From a virus: a DNA stretch of 44,037 nt. Where the stretch lies: IMG/VR virus record IMGVR_UViG_3300045988_088460; one strand, written 5' to 3'. Of the stretch, positions 33,697 to 41,483 are shown in pieces (the first letter of the stretch is position 1; each line of letters starts with the position of its first letter). The notes beneath the pieces were generated by a model that did no database searches, had not been told where the DNA came from, and worked only from the letters and a program-made list of their open reading frames with translations. A program made the position numbers and the translations under genes.

Positions 33697-33720
33697 TCGA
33701 AAAACGGAGGTGAAAGGACC

Positions 33721-33981
33721 ATGAGCAACAAATATTTGGGGCCTGCGGAGCGGCAGCTGATCGCAGAGAAGTGGGCCGCTTATGCGTCGGTGCGGGAGAT
33801 CGCGGGCCTGGTAGGTGTGGCACCTAAAACCATTTACGAGGAATTGAGGCGCGGGAGCAACGGCACCCTGGACAAGAATAGCCGCAAGGCATACAACCCG
33901 GAGCTGGCCCAGCGTCGTTTCCAGGAAAGCCTCCGACGGCGCGGCAAGCCCCTGAACAGAGCGCGGGCGGCCAATGAATGA
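33721..33981 (+). CDS. IS30-like HTH-only protein
   Basis: 86 aa. YLGPAERQLIAEKWAAYASVREIAGLVGVAPKTIYEELRRG parallels the N-terminal HTH of the adjacent transposase. No catalytic domain is present. Confidence 0.6.
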   Translation: MSNKYLGPAERQLIAEKWAAYASVREIAGLVGVAPKTIYEELRRGSNGTLDKNSRKAYNPELAQRRFQESLRRRGKPLNRARAANE

Positions 33982-34661
33982 GCGACCCCACCGCCATGGA
34001 GGCGGATAAAACAAAGGAGGAAATGAAAATGGCAACCATCATCAAGCAGACGAAAGAGGAAATCAACTGGGCGGAGATCGCCAGGGCCAGAGAAATGGGT
34101 GTACTGGACAAGCTCCTGGCGGAGCGGGATGTGATCCGCTTCAATCTGCGGAGCGGCGCCGAGGTGGCCGTCATGGTGGAAAAGGTGGAGCCGGGCCGGG
34201 TATGGATGGGCTTTGTGGACGGAGTGGCCGAGCGGCCCATGTATAACCGCCTGGCGCGTCCTGTGTCCTGGAAAGAGAGCGACGCCCGGAAATGGTGCAA
34301 CACCGATCTGGTCCAGGATCTCCCGGAGGAGCTGGTGGCCATCATCACGCCCCGCACTATCCGCCAGACCATCAAGGGCGAGGAGCTGGTGACCACGGAT
34401 CTGCTATGGCTGCACAGCGTAACGGAGCTTTTTGGGCGCAAGTCCTGGGCAGATGGGGACGATCCCACGGAGGAGCAGCTGCCGGTCTATAAGACCGAGC
34501 GGGACCGCGTGAAGATGTGGGACGGGCAGACATGGCCGCATTACACCCGTTCCGCCCATTCCGGCACCAGCGACCGTTTCTGCCTTGTCGGCACGGACGG
34601 CACGCCCACCGGCGACGACGCGGACGTTTCCTGGGCGCTGGCCCCCGGCTTTTGGATCTAA
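33978..34661 (+). CDS. DGR target 2: free-standing paralogue of the tail-fibre tip domain
   Basis: 227 aa, or 210 aa from ATG 34029, which has the better AAAGGAGG SD. It is collinear with the fibre C-terminal domain and ends in VR2 (...HYTRSAHSGTSDRFCLVGTDGTPTGDDADVSWALAPGFWI). Confidence 0.85.
   Translation: MSDPTAMEADKTKEEMKMATIIKQTKEEINWAEIARAREMGVLDKLLAERDVIRFNLRSGAEVAVMVEKVEPGRVWMGFVDGVAERPMYNRLARPVSWKESDARKWCNTDLVQDLPEELVAIITPRTIRQTIKGEELVTTDLLWLHSVTELFGRKSWADGDDPTEEQLPVYKTERDRVKMWDGQTWPHYTRSAHSGTSDRFCLVGTDGTPTGDDADVSWALAPGFWI
34545..34653 (+). repeat. DGR variable repeat 2 (VR2)
   Basis: Gap-free alignment with TR 25745-25853. There are 16 internal mismatches, all at TR adenines. It carries the same GC box followed by C. 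Confidence 0.9.
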
Positions 34662-34686
34662 TCGGCGGAGCGTATCAACGGAAATC

Positions 34687-34705
34687 CCGCCCCTGCAAGG
34701 GGCGG
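34687..34705 (+). promoter_or_regulatory. Post-VR2 hairpin
   Basis: CCGCCCC-TGCAA-GGGGCGG starts 33 nt after the VR2 end. The 5' flank AATCCCG is shared with the VR1 hairpin. Confidence 0.5.
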
Positions 34706-34720
34706 AGAAAGGAGCCGGAC

Positions 34721-35185
34721 ATGGCAAAGAGAAAGGAAATCAAGTGGCGGAGAGAGGGGCGCGGCACCATGACCGGGCGCCAAGACGGGATCATTTTTCG
34801 GATCTTCCGCCCGTGGGACGCACCGGAGCAGGGCCACACCGTAAGTTGCCACGACACAAGAGGCACCGGGAGAACGATCAGCACGGCAGGACACAGGACA
34901 TTTACCTGGGAGGAAGCTGTGGAGTTCTGCCAGGCAATCGTGGCCGGAGAGATCAACCTGGAGGACCTGCGGGCGGAGTTTGCCGCAGAGGACGCGAAAA
35001 GAGAGCGGCGGGCGATCCAGCAGGCTGTGGCAGAGGCCAAGGAGTTCCGGGGCCACCTGGAGGCGGCGGGAATTTCATACAACACCCTGCTGGAGCTGGA
35101 GGCGCTGCGGGCGAACCTGGGGAGCCTGGGCCACAACGCGCTCCTGGGATTTGAGCGCGGGGAGGGCTGGCCGGATGGGACCTAA
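34721..35185 (+). CDS. Hypothetical protein
   Basis: 154 aa from ATG 34721 after AAAGGAG. The longer track ORFs would run through VR2. Confidence 0.5.
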   Translation: MAKRKEIKWRREGRGTMTGRQDGIIFRIFRPWDAPEQGHTVSCHDTRGTGRTISTAGHRTFTWEEAVEFCQAIVAGEINLEDLRAEFAAEDAKRERRAIQQAVAEAKEFRGHLEAAGISYNTLLELEALRANLGSLGHNALLGFERGEGWPDGT

Positions 35186-35570
35186 AGAGAGCGGAACCGC
35201 CCAGGCGGCGGTCTACATAGACGGCCAGCCGGTGCAATACGCCGGAGAAATCACCCTGCCGGAGCAAGTGGAGCGCCCAGCGCCGCCGATCCTTGCGTCA
35301 ATGGGCCTTACGATGGAACAGGCCGGAAAGGTGGCCAAGGTCATGGCAGAGGCTTTCCGTACTTTCTGCGTAGCGTTAGAGGAGGCCGCGGCGGCTGTGA
35401 CAAAGATATGGGGAGCCATCCAGGCGGCGGAGGAGTTCCGCAAGGCCCTGCGGTGGGCGGAGGCGGCCAACAGGCCGCTGGCCGCCCGCTACCACCGCAC
35501 CAAAAAGAAGCGGATCCGCAAGAAGTACGCCAAGCGGATCCTGACCTGGTATCGGGAGGAGATCCTGTAA
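35175..35570 (+). CDS. Hypothetical protein
   Basis: 131 aa from ATG 35175 after GGAGGG. The C-terminus is basic (HRTKKKRIRKKYAKRIL). Confidence 0.5.
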   Translation: MGPKESGTAQAAVYIDGQPVQYAGEITLPEQVERPAPPILASMGLTMEQAGKVAKVMAEAFRTFCVALEEAAAAVTKIWGAIQAAEEFRKALRWAEAANRPLAARYHRTKKKRIRKKYAKRILTWYREEIL

Positions 35571-35935
35571 TGCTGCGACTAAAAGCGAATAAAACCGCCC
35601 TGTATAAGCTGGTGGCGGATTATGTGGACAACCTCCCGCCCATGCGGAGCGGGACAGAGTTCATTAAATACCCGCGCACACCGGACTACGCCCTGAACTG
35701 GATCACCCCCGAATGGGACACGGCCCACGCCTTTTTCTCCGCCTGCATGGGCCGCCCCCTCCTGGCCATTGAGATCAAGGACGGGGAAACCGGAAAGACG
35801 GTGAGCCGCACCACCCATGCCCTGACCCTCCGGGATCTCCGGGAGCGGGGGATGGTGGAGGAGTTCGTAACGGCGGCGGAGCGCCGGCGGATAGAAAGGA
35901 GTGCCGACAATGGCGGACTTTCTCCCGCTACCTGA
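35570..35935 (+). CDS. Hypothetical protein
   Basis: 121 aa. The ATG overlaps the upstream TAA. Confidence 0.5.
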   Translation: MLRLKANKTALYKLVADYVDNLPPMRSGTEFIKYPRTPDYALNWITPEWDTAHAFFSACMGRPLLAIEIKDGETGKTVSRTTHALTLRDLRERGMVEEFVTAAERRRIERSADNGGLSPAT

Positions 35936-36497
35936 AAAGGAATACAGCGTAATTTATGCGGATCCCCCATGGGAGTACCGCCAGCACGGGACCACGGAAA
36001 AGAGCCGAGGCACGGCGCTGAAACAGTACCCAACAATGACCACCGCAGATATATGCAATCTGCCGGTACGGAAAATCTGCGGGGGGGGGGCAGCCTGTTT
36101 TCTATGGGCAACTTTCCCAAACATTGCCGAGGGGATCAGGGTCCTGGAGGCATGGGGGTTTCAGTACAAGACTGCGGCCTTTGTGTGGGTGAAGAAAAAC
36201 GCCAAGAGCGGCACCAACTTTTGGGGCATGGGCGCCTATACCCGCGCCAATGCGGAGGTGTGCCTGCTGGGCGTGTCCCCAGGCTTTAAGGCCGGGGAGC
36301 GGATCCGCAGCCACAAGGTACACCAGATCATTGAGGCCCCGTTTGAGGGGCACAGCAAAAAGCCGGACGAAACCCGCCGGCGGATCGTGGAGCTGCTGGG
36401 GGATGTGCCCCGCCTGGAAATGTTCGCCCGCCAGAGGGCGGAGGGCTGGGACGCCTGGGGAAACGAGGTGCCGCCGGAAGAAAGGAAGATCGAGTAA
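35910..36497 (+). CDS. MT-A70 family N6-adenine DNA methyltransferase
   Basis: ATG 35910 lies 8 nt after AAAGGAG. Motifs are YADPPWEY (DPPW), FLWATFP and EAWGF.YKT..VWVK. It contains an in-frame G10 tract. Confidence 0.85.
   Translation: MADFLPLPEKEYSVIYADPPWEYRQHGTTEKSRGTALKQYPTMTTADICNLPVRKICGGGAACFLWATFPNIAEGIRVLEAWGFQYKTAAFVWVKKNAKSGTNFWGMGAYTRANAEVCLLGVSPGFKAGERIRSHKVHQIIEAPFEGHSKKPDETRRRIVELLGDVPRLEMFARQRAEGWDAWGNEVPPEERKIE
36081..36090 (+). repeat. Poly-G tract (G10) inside the MT-A70 gene
   Basis: ...AAAATCTGC-GGGGGGGGGG-CAGCC. It encodes CGGGA. Confidence 0.9.
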
Positions 36498-37049
36498 ATG
36501 ACCGAGCGGGAAAGACTGCTGGAGAAGCTGGGAAAGGTCAAGGCCCTGGCGGATCGTGGCGAGGGTGGGGAAAAAGAGAGTGCGGAGCGCACCCTGGCCG
36601 CCCTTATGAAAAGGTACGGGGTCACTGAGGAGGAGCTGGAGGACACAAGGACCACCATTCACTGGATCCGCTATAAGACGGACTGGGAGCGCAGACTGCT
36701 GGGACAGCTTGCCTATATGCACCTGGGCACGGGCCACTCTTTCGGCTGTGTGGGCAGATACACAAAGAGGCCGCGCAAGGAAGTGGGAATTGAATGTACA
36801 CCGGCCCAGTATATCGAGATCGAAGCGGATTTTGCATTTTATTCCGAGGCCATGAAAGAGGAAATGGAGCTGTTTTACAGCGCATTTCTCCAGAAAAATG
36901 AGCTTTTTCCGCCGCCGGAGCTGGCGGCGGAACCGACAGAGGCGGAAAAAGAGGAATGGAAAGATGTGGAACGGGCGTGGAAAATCCACTCCATGATGGG
37001 CGGACTGGACCGGCACACGCGCCACAAGGCCCTGGAGGCCGCAGAATAG
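36498..37049 (+). CDS. Hypothetical protein with DUF2786-like N-terminus
   Basis: 183 aa. LLEKLGKVKALADRGEGGEKESAERTLAALMKRYGV resembles the DUF2786 motif. Confidence 0.45.
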   Translation: MTERERLLEKLGKVKALADRGEGGEKESAERTLAALMKRYGVTEEELEDTRTTIHWIRYKTDWERRLLGQLAYMHLGTGHSFGCVGRYTKRPRKEVGIECTPAQYIEIEADFAFYSEAMKEEMELFYSAFLQKNELFPPPELAAEPTEAEKEEWKDVERAWKIHSMMGGLDRHTRHKALEAAE

Positions 37050-37058
37050 GAGGGCAAT

Positions 37059-37313
37059 GTGGAGAGTGAAAGAAAACCGATGACCTGCGCTCAGGTTGAA
37101 CAGATCCAAAAGCCGCGCCCGGTTTGGATTGAGTGGATCGGCCTGCACCAATTACAGAAAAGCCCTGGCTGGGAGATCGCCACCCATGTCCATGCCGGGC
37201 GGCTTTGTATCAAGGGAGAGCGGGACAAAGATGGGTATTTACTGGATCTGTACGGGGTTTACTGGGTGGCATACGACACCCCGCCGGGAGAAAAGGAGGA
37301 CAAGCAGACATGA
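37059..37313 (+). CDS. Hypothetical protein
   Basis: 84-aa ORF with a GTG start after GGAGGG. No motif recognised. Confidence 0.4.
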   Translation: MESERKPMTCAQVEQIQKPRPVWIEWIGLHQLQKSPGWEIATHVHAGRLCIKGERDKDGYLLDLYGVYWVAYDTPPGEKEDKQT

Positions 37314-38236
37314 GCCAGAGAAAGGCAAAGGAGTACCGCCAGGCCATGGAGCAGTACCGGGGCGTGGTGGAAGATGTGGACGATTTGAAACGCCGGATCG
37401 GGGCCATGGAAGCCCGCCACCGCAGGGAGGACCAGCTGGAGATCAGCCGCAGGCAGGCCAGACGGGAGGCGGAGAAGCGGGAAGCCAACAGGGCGGAATA
37501 CCGGGAACACATGCGGAAGATCAATGCAGAGAAGCGGCGGAGGAAAATTGCCAGGCAGCGGATCGCTTTTCTGGCTTGCATGGCCATCCTGGCGCTGGCC
37601 CTTGTGTGCGCCCTTGTAACGGCCTGTTCGGCGCGTGGCAACGGACCGGCAGAGGAGCGGGAGATCAACAGCGCCGCCACCGTCTCCCCGCCGGTTACAC
37701 TGGTAAGCGCAGAACCGGACATGTGGGACGGCGAGGGAGAGGATCCGCTGGAGGCAGAGAAGATCGAGGAGGCCCTGCTGGCCTCCGGGTATTTCTCCAT
37801 AGCGGTGCCCATGTGCTACGAATACCAGGACTATATGCGGACCTACTGCGCGGCCTATAAGTGTCCCTATCCCCTGGCCCTGGCCGTGGCGGAGGTTGAA
37901 AGCCACTTTAATATGGAGGCCGTGGGCACCGCCGGCGAGGTGGGGATCATGCAGTTAAATCCGGGGCCGGATGGTGCCTACCACGCAGAGCTGGAGGCGG
38001 CCACGGGACTGGACCCCACCACCCCCTCCGGGAACATTGCCGCCGGGTGTTACCTGTTGGGAAAGTACATGCAGGAATACGGGGACACAAACAAGGCGGC
38101 CATGGCGTACAACATGGGAGTGAGCGGAGCAGAAAACGCCTGGGCGGAGGGTATCGCCTCCACTGACTACTCCGCCGCCGTGGTGAAGGCCATGGAGCGG
38201 TGGGAGGTCACAGTGAACGCATGGAATGGAATTTGA
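37310..38236 (+). CDS. Membrane/lipid-anchored lytic transglycosylase (SLT domain)
   Basis: ATG 37310 after AAAAGGAGGA. N-terminal coiled coil. Hydrophobic segment ending VTAC (lipobox-like). SLT motif AVAEVESHFNMEAVGTAGEVGIMQL. Confidence 0.8.
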   Translation: MSQRKAKEYRQAMEQYRGVVEDVDDLKRRIGAMEARHRREDQLEISRRQARREAEKREANRAEYREHMRKINAEKRRRKIARQRIAFLACMAILALALVCALVTACSARGNGPAEEREINSAATVSPPVTLVSAEPDMWDGEGEDPLEAEKIEEALLASGYFSIAVPMCYEYQDYMRTYCAAYKCPYPLALAVAEVESHFNMEAVGTAGEVGIMQLNPGPDGAYHAELEAATGLDPTTPSGNIAAGCYLLGKYMQEYGDTNKAAMAYNMGVSGAENAWAEGIASTDYSAAVVKAMERWEVTVNAWNGI

Positions 38237-38478
38237 ACCAGGAGGCAACGCGCACCGCAGCGGCCAGGAGGGCAAGGATCCTCCGCTGGCGTGTTCCTGG
38301 CCGCTCCAAGGTGGTCCACCCTGCCCATGGGGCCGTGGTGGTCCCCCACGCCTCCAACCTGTGCGCGATTATGAACGCGGCAGAGGTGTGGGGATGTGAC
38401 TGGGCGGAGATCCTGGACGCGCAGGTGTGGGCGGCACCAGGGGAAAAGGCGGCCCCCATGCCTACATTATATAAATAA
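38221..38478 (+). CDS. Hypothetical protein
   Basis: 85 aa from ATG 38221. It overlaps the SLT gene end by 16 nt. Confidence 0.4.
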   Translation: MEWNLNQEATRTAAARRARILRWRVPGRSKVVHPAHGAVVVPHASNLCAIMNAAEVWGCDWAEILDAQVWAAPGEKAAPMPTLYK

Positions 38479-38491
38479 AGGAGGCGGCGAA

Positions 38492-39070
38492 ATGCTGATC
38501 AATGAAAGCGGCCTGGTGCGCTGTATCAAGCGGGCCTATAAATCCGCCGGGTATGCGGTGGCCGCAGAGGGCGATTGCATGACGATCTACACAGAGCAAT
38601 GGTATATCCAATGCAAGCGGGCGGCCATCCCCCGCAAGGTGCTGGCCACCATCGTGGAACACATGGGCATGATACCGGACACAGAACCCGTGTCCATCGT
38701 AAAGGATGGAGAGCCGCAGCTGATCATGCCGGATGTGGCGGCGGATGAAATTGCACACTGGAGGACCGGGGAGCGCACCGACGCGGTGACCATGGCAACG
38801 GTTATCATGCAGGGCTACCAGATTTTCCAGCCGGACGGCGGCGGGGCCTGCTACGGGGTGAGCCTGCTTGACCTGGGGATCATGGAGCGGGAAATGGTGG
38901 AGCATGGAGCCGCTGCTGTGATCGACGGGGACCGCCTGCTGTGGCGCGGGGACACCGAGGTGGTGGCCATGGACGCAGTAAGAAAAGCCCGGTCAAGCTG
39001 GGCCAAGGAATGGGAGCGGGCCGTGTGGAACGCCCTGGAGGGCGTGGACCTCCACAAAGAGGAGGCATGA
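38492..39070 (+). CDS. Hypothetical protein
   Basis: 192 aa from ATG 38492 after AAAGGAGG. Confidence 0.5.
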   Translation: MLINESGLVRCIKRAYKSAGYAVAAEGDCMTIYTEQWYIQCKRAAIPRKVLATIVEHMGMIPDTEPVSIVKDGEPQLIMPDVAADEIAHWRTGERTDAVTMATVIMQGYQIFQPDGGGACYGVSLLDLGIMEREMVEHGAAAVIDGDRLLWRGDTEVVAMDAVRKARSSWAKEWERAVWNALEGVDLHKEEA

Positions 39071-39291
39071 CGATGGGAAAGACGAATTTTGACCGGATCA
39101 CCGCCTCCCCGGAGGCCCTGGCCTCTTTTTTGGCCTCCCTCCCCTGCCTGGACGCGCCATGGAATGACGATTTTCACCGGATTTTCTGCGACAACTGCCC
39201 CATGGAGGACTGCCCCAAGGTATGCCCGCACGAAGCGGAGCGGAACAGCCCGGCGTGGTGGCTGTCACTTTCGCCAGATCTGAACCCATGA
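39067..39291 (+). CDS. Small Cys-rich hypothetical protein
   Basis: 74 aa. The ATG overlaps the upstream TGA. Contains CDNCPMEDCPKVCPHE. Confidence 0.45.
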   Translation: MTMGKTNFDRITASPEALASFLASLPCLDAPWNDDFHRIFCDNCPMEDCPKVCPHEAERNSPAWWLSLSPDLNP

Positions 39292-39613
39292 AAAATAGAG
39301 ATAACGCCGGGTTGCACATAGAAAACCGACAGATCCAGTACATTGCCCGGATTAGCCATGGAAAGGACAGCATGAAAATGCTGGATGTGATCATTTCGAG
39401 GGGGCTAAAGCTGGATCGAATTACAACAACAGATATATGGGCAACTGAAACAATCCGCGGGGAATACCCGGAAATGGTGAAGTTCAAAGAACGGGCAGAC
39501 GAATATATCTGGCAAAAATACCGTATCGAGGTGGAACACCTGTGCGCTATGCGGAACGGCGAGAAACAGACCTATGAAAGACTGTTCTACCATGTTCCAA
39601 AGCGGAAATCTGC

Positions 39614-39621
39614 GGGGGGGG
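39614..39621 (+). repeat. Poly-G tract (G8) in the frame-overlap window of the split gene
   Basis: ...GGAAATCTGC-GGGGGGGG-CATTG. The 8 nt 5' of it are identical to those before the G10 tract at 36081. Confidence 0.9.
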
Positions 39622-39668
39622 CATTGAAAACAGGGAAAATCCTGGGTTTTCCGACCCTGTGGGGGCCG

Positions 39669-39799
39669 TGGTGCCAATCGGGCCTAAAACGCGGTGTGAA
39701 GCACCGAGCAAAAGAGTGTCTATCCACAAAGATAATTTCGGGCCGGACAGTATCAAAGGATTTCCTGTCAGCTTTACAAACAAGGGAACCTGGTGCCAA
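39669..39799 (+). repeat. 9-bp direct repeats TGGTGCCAA flanking a 122-bp interruption
   Basis: Copies at 39669-39677 (codon-aligned in frame A) and 39791-39799 (codon-aligned in frame B). The 122-nt spacing equals the frame offset. Confidence 0.8.
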
Positions 39800-40279
39800 C
39801 GCCTCAAAACCAGATTTTTAGAAAGCCCCGCCGCGAGGGGCGGTACAAATATCGTGGAATACCTGGGAATAGCAGCAGATGAACCGGGACGGTTCGGGCA
39901 ACTGAATGAACGCAAGCGCGCTCCGCTGGTAGAGTTTGGTATTGAAGAGGGCCTTTGCGGCCTGTACTGCCAGTACGAGGGTATTTTGGCCCCAAGCTAC
40001 GAAACGAGCTGCCGGGACGGGTGTTGGATGTGCCACAATCAGGGTGTAAACCAACTCCGGCAGCTACGCAAGAACCACTCGGAGCTATGGGCAATCCTGC
40101 TGAAATGGGACGCAGACAGCCCGGTAAATTTCAAGCCAGACGGGCGGACGGTCCATGACTATGAATTGCGGTTTCAATTAGAGGATGACGGCCTGTTGAT
40201 ACCAGGTGATACACGCTTTAGGTGGTCCATGCTGAATGAGCCATTAAATTACAGAATGTTTTAAGAGAAATACGGAGGC

Positions 40280-40519
40280 ATGTATATGGAAGTAACTGTA
40301 AACATGAGCGCCGAGGAGTTTCAGAAGTTCATGGACTGGAAAAAAGAACGGGACTATTACGAAAAGGAACTGGTCAAGGAAACAGATAAGAGGGAATTTA
40401 TGGCAAAGAAAACGACCTGGGCCATTGAGAAAGACCCGAAGCGGCCCGGTAAGGTCAAGATCGTGGACCAGGAACACGCGGCGGAGCTGCTGGAGCTGGC
40501 CAATGATTACCTATCATAA
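40280..40519 (+). CDS. Hypothetical protein
   Basis: 79 aa, Lys/Glu-rich, lower GC. Start MYMEVTVNM. Confidence 0.45.
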   Translation: MYMEVTVNMSAEEFQKFMDWKKERDYYEKELVKETDKREFMAKKTTWAIEKDPKRPGKVKIVDQEHAAELLELANDYLS

Positions 40520-40561
40520 AAAAACCACCTGCGCCCGGTGCTGACAACACGGCGCAGGTGG
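40518..40561 (-). terminator. Canonical intrinsic terminator readable only on the - strand
   Basis: 11-bp stem CCACCTGCGCC/GGCGCAGGTGG (40525-40535 / 40551-40561). It is followed on the - strand by T7 (40518-40524). The + strand has no U-tract. Confidence 0.6.
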
Positions 40562-40597
40562 AGCAAATGCGAGGCGGCCAAAAGGCCGTCCTGGAAT
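40518..40597 (-). ncRNA. Predicted about 80-nt small RNA (countertranscript-like) upstream of the Rep gene
   Basis: Defined by the promoter at 40604-40632 and the terminator at 40518-40561. It has an internal CGGCC-TTTT-GGCCG hairpin and no ORF. Confidence 0.35.
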
Positions 40598-40603
40598 GGC
40601 TAT

Positions 40604-40632
40604 ATTATAGCATACTCCCGGACGGCCTGCAA
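40604..40632 (-). promoter_or_regulatory. Candidate - strand promoter
   Basis: The - strand reads TTGCAG-N17-TATAAT (-35 at 40627-40632, -10 at 40604-40609). Confidence 0.4.
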
Positions 40633-40645
40633 GCCGCAAAATTCA

Positions 40646-40683
40646 ACGGGGCCGCGGCCCCGTATAGCTCCGGTAAGAGCTAT
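40646..40683. promoter_or_regulatory. Palindromes upstream of Rep (candidate replication origin/nick region)
   Basis: Perfect 18-nt palindrome ACGGGGCCGCGGCCCCGT (40646-40663), followed by the hairpin ATAGCTC-CGGTAA-GAGCTAT (40664-40683). Confidence 0.3.
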
Positions 40684-40721
40684 TAGTAAAGTGACCAGCA
40701 GGCCCAAAGGAGGAGTACAGC

Positions 40722-41471
40722 ATGGCCTATGTCCATAGGCGGGTAAAGGCTGGCCGCACCATCGAACACAGGAAAATGCAGTCATACCGGATCCACACCA
40801 AGGGGGTCCAGAGAGGCCCCAACCATGGGACCACATCGAAGAAGCAGGCCAAGGTCAACGAGCGGGTGGCAGAGGAACACCTGCGCTGGGACCTAAACGC
40901 CAACTTTGACCACCGGGATCTCCACGCCGTCCTGCACTACTATGTCAAGGACACCACTTTCCCGGAGATACTGGCGGACAAGGCCGCCTTTCTGTCCAAC
41001 CTGCGGAAGATTTGCAAAAAGCGCGGGATCAAGTACAAGGCGGTGGTGGTGATTGAAACCAAGCGCATGACAAACCCGCACATTCATGTGGTAATAACGC
41101 GCATGGACCCGGAGATCATCACCGAGGCATGGGAGAGCGTACCAAGGGGCGGCGGGGGTATCAGCTTCAAACCCCTGGACCGCAGAGGGAACCATGAGAA
41201 GCTGGCGCAATACCTGGTCAAAGAAAGCCGATCCACCATGGAGAAATACAGGGAGCTGGGGAAACGGGGAAAGCGGTACAGCAAGACCCAAAACATGGAT
41301 AAGCCCGTGATTACATACACCCCCGTGTCTGCCTCCTCCTGGCGTAAGGAGCCAAAGGCCAGCAAGGGCGCCGTGCTGTACAAGTTCGATGACGGATCCA
41401 CCACCCGGAGCGGGTGGCATGAGATCAGCGGCTACCCATACCAGGAATATTTCGAGGTTTTCAACGAATAG
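40722..41471 (+). CDS. HUH-type rolling-circle Rep-like protein
   Basis: 249 aa with an AAAGGAGGAG SD. Candidate motifs: I AVLHYYV, II NPHIHVVI (HUH), III KLAQYLVKES (Tyr). Confidence 0.5.
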   Translation: MAYVHRRVKAGRTIEHRKMQSYRIHTKGVQRGPNHGTTSKKQAKVNERVAEEHLRWDLNANFDHRDLHAVLHYYVKDTTFPEILADKAAFLSNLRKICKKRGIKYKAVVVIETKRMTNPHIHVVITRMDPEIITEAWESVPRGGGGISFKPLDRRGNHEKLAQYLVKESRSTMEKYRELGKRGKRYSKTQNMDKPVITYTPVSASSWRKEPKASKGAVLYKFDDGSTTRSGWHEISGYPYQEYFEVFNE

Positions 41472-41483
41472 GAGGACAAGCCA

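Larger units (their letters stand above)
39288..40264 (+). pseudogene. PAPS-reductase-family gene split into two frames (39288..39821 and about 39578..40264)
   Basis: The N-part carries ISHGKDS (a SGGKDS-like PP-loop). The C-part carries VEYLGIAADEPGRF and CRDGCWMCHNQ...LRKNHSELW. The GFP...WCQ..LK segment occurs twice (39669 region in frame A, 39791 region in frame B). Confidence 0.7.

Noticed and set aside
34517-35185. Long N-terminal extensions (34517.. and 34585..) of the gene after VR2
   Set aside because: The extensions read VR2 and its hairpin in other frames. A clean AAAGGAG SD precedes ATG 34721.
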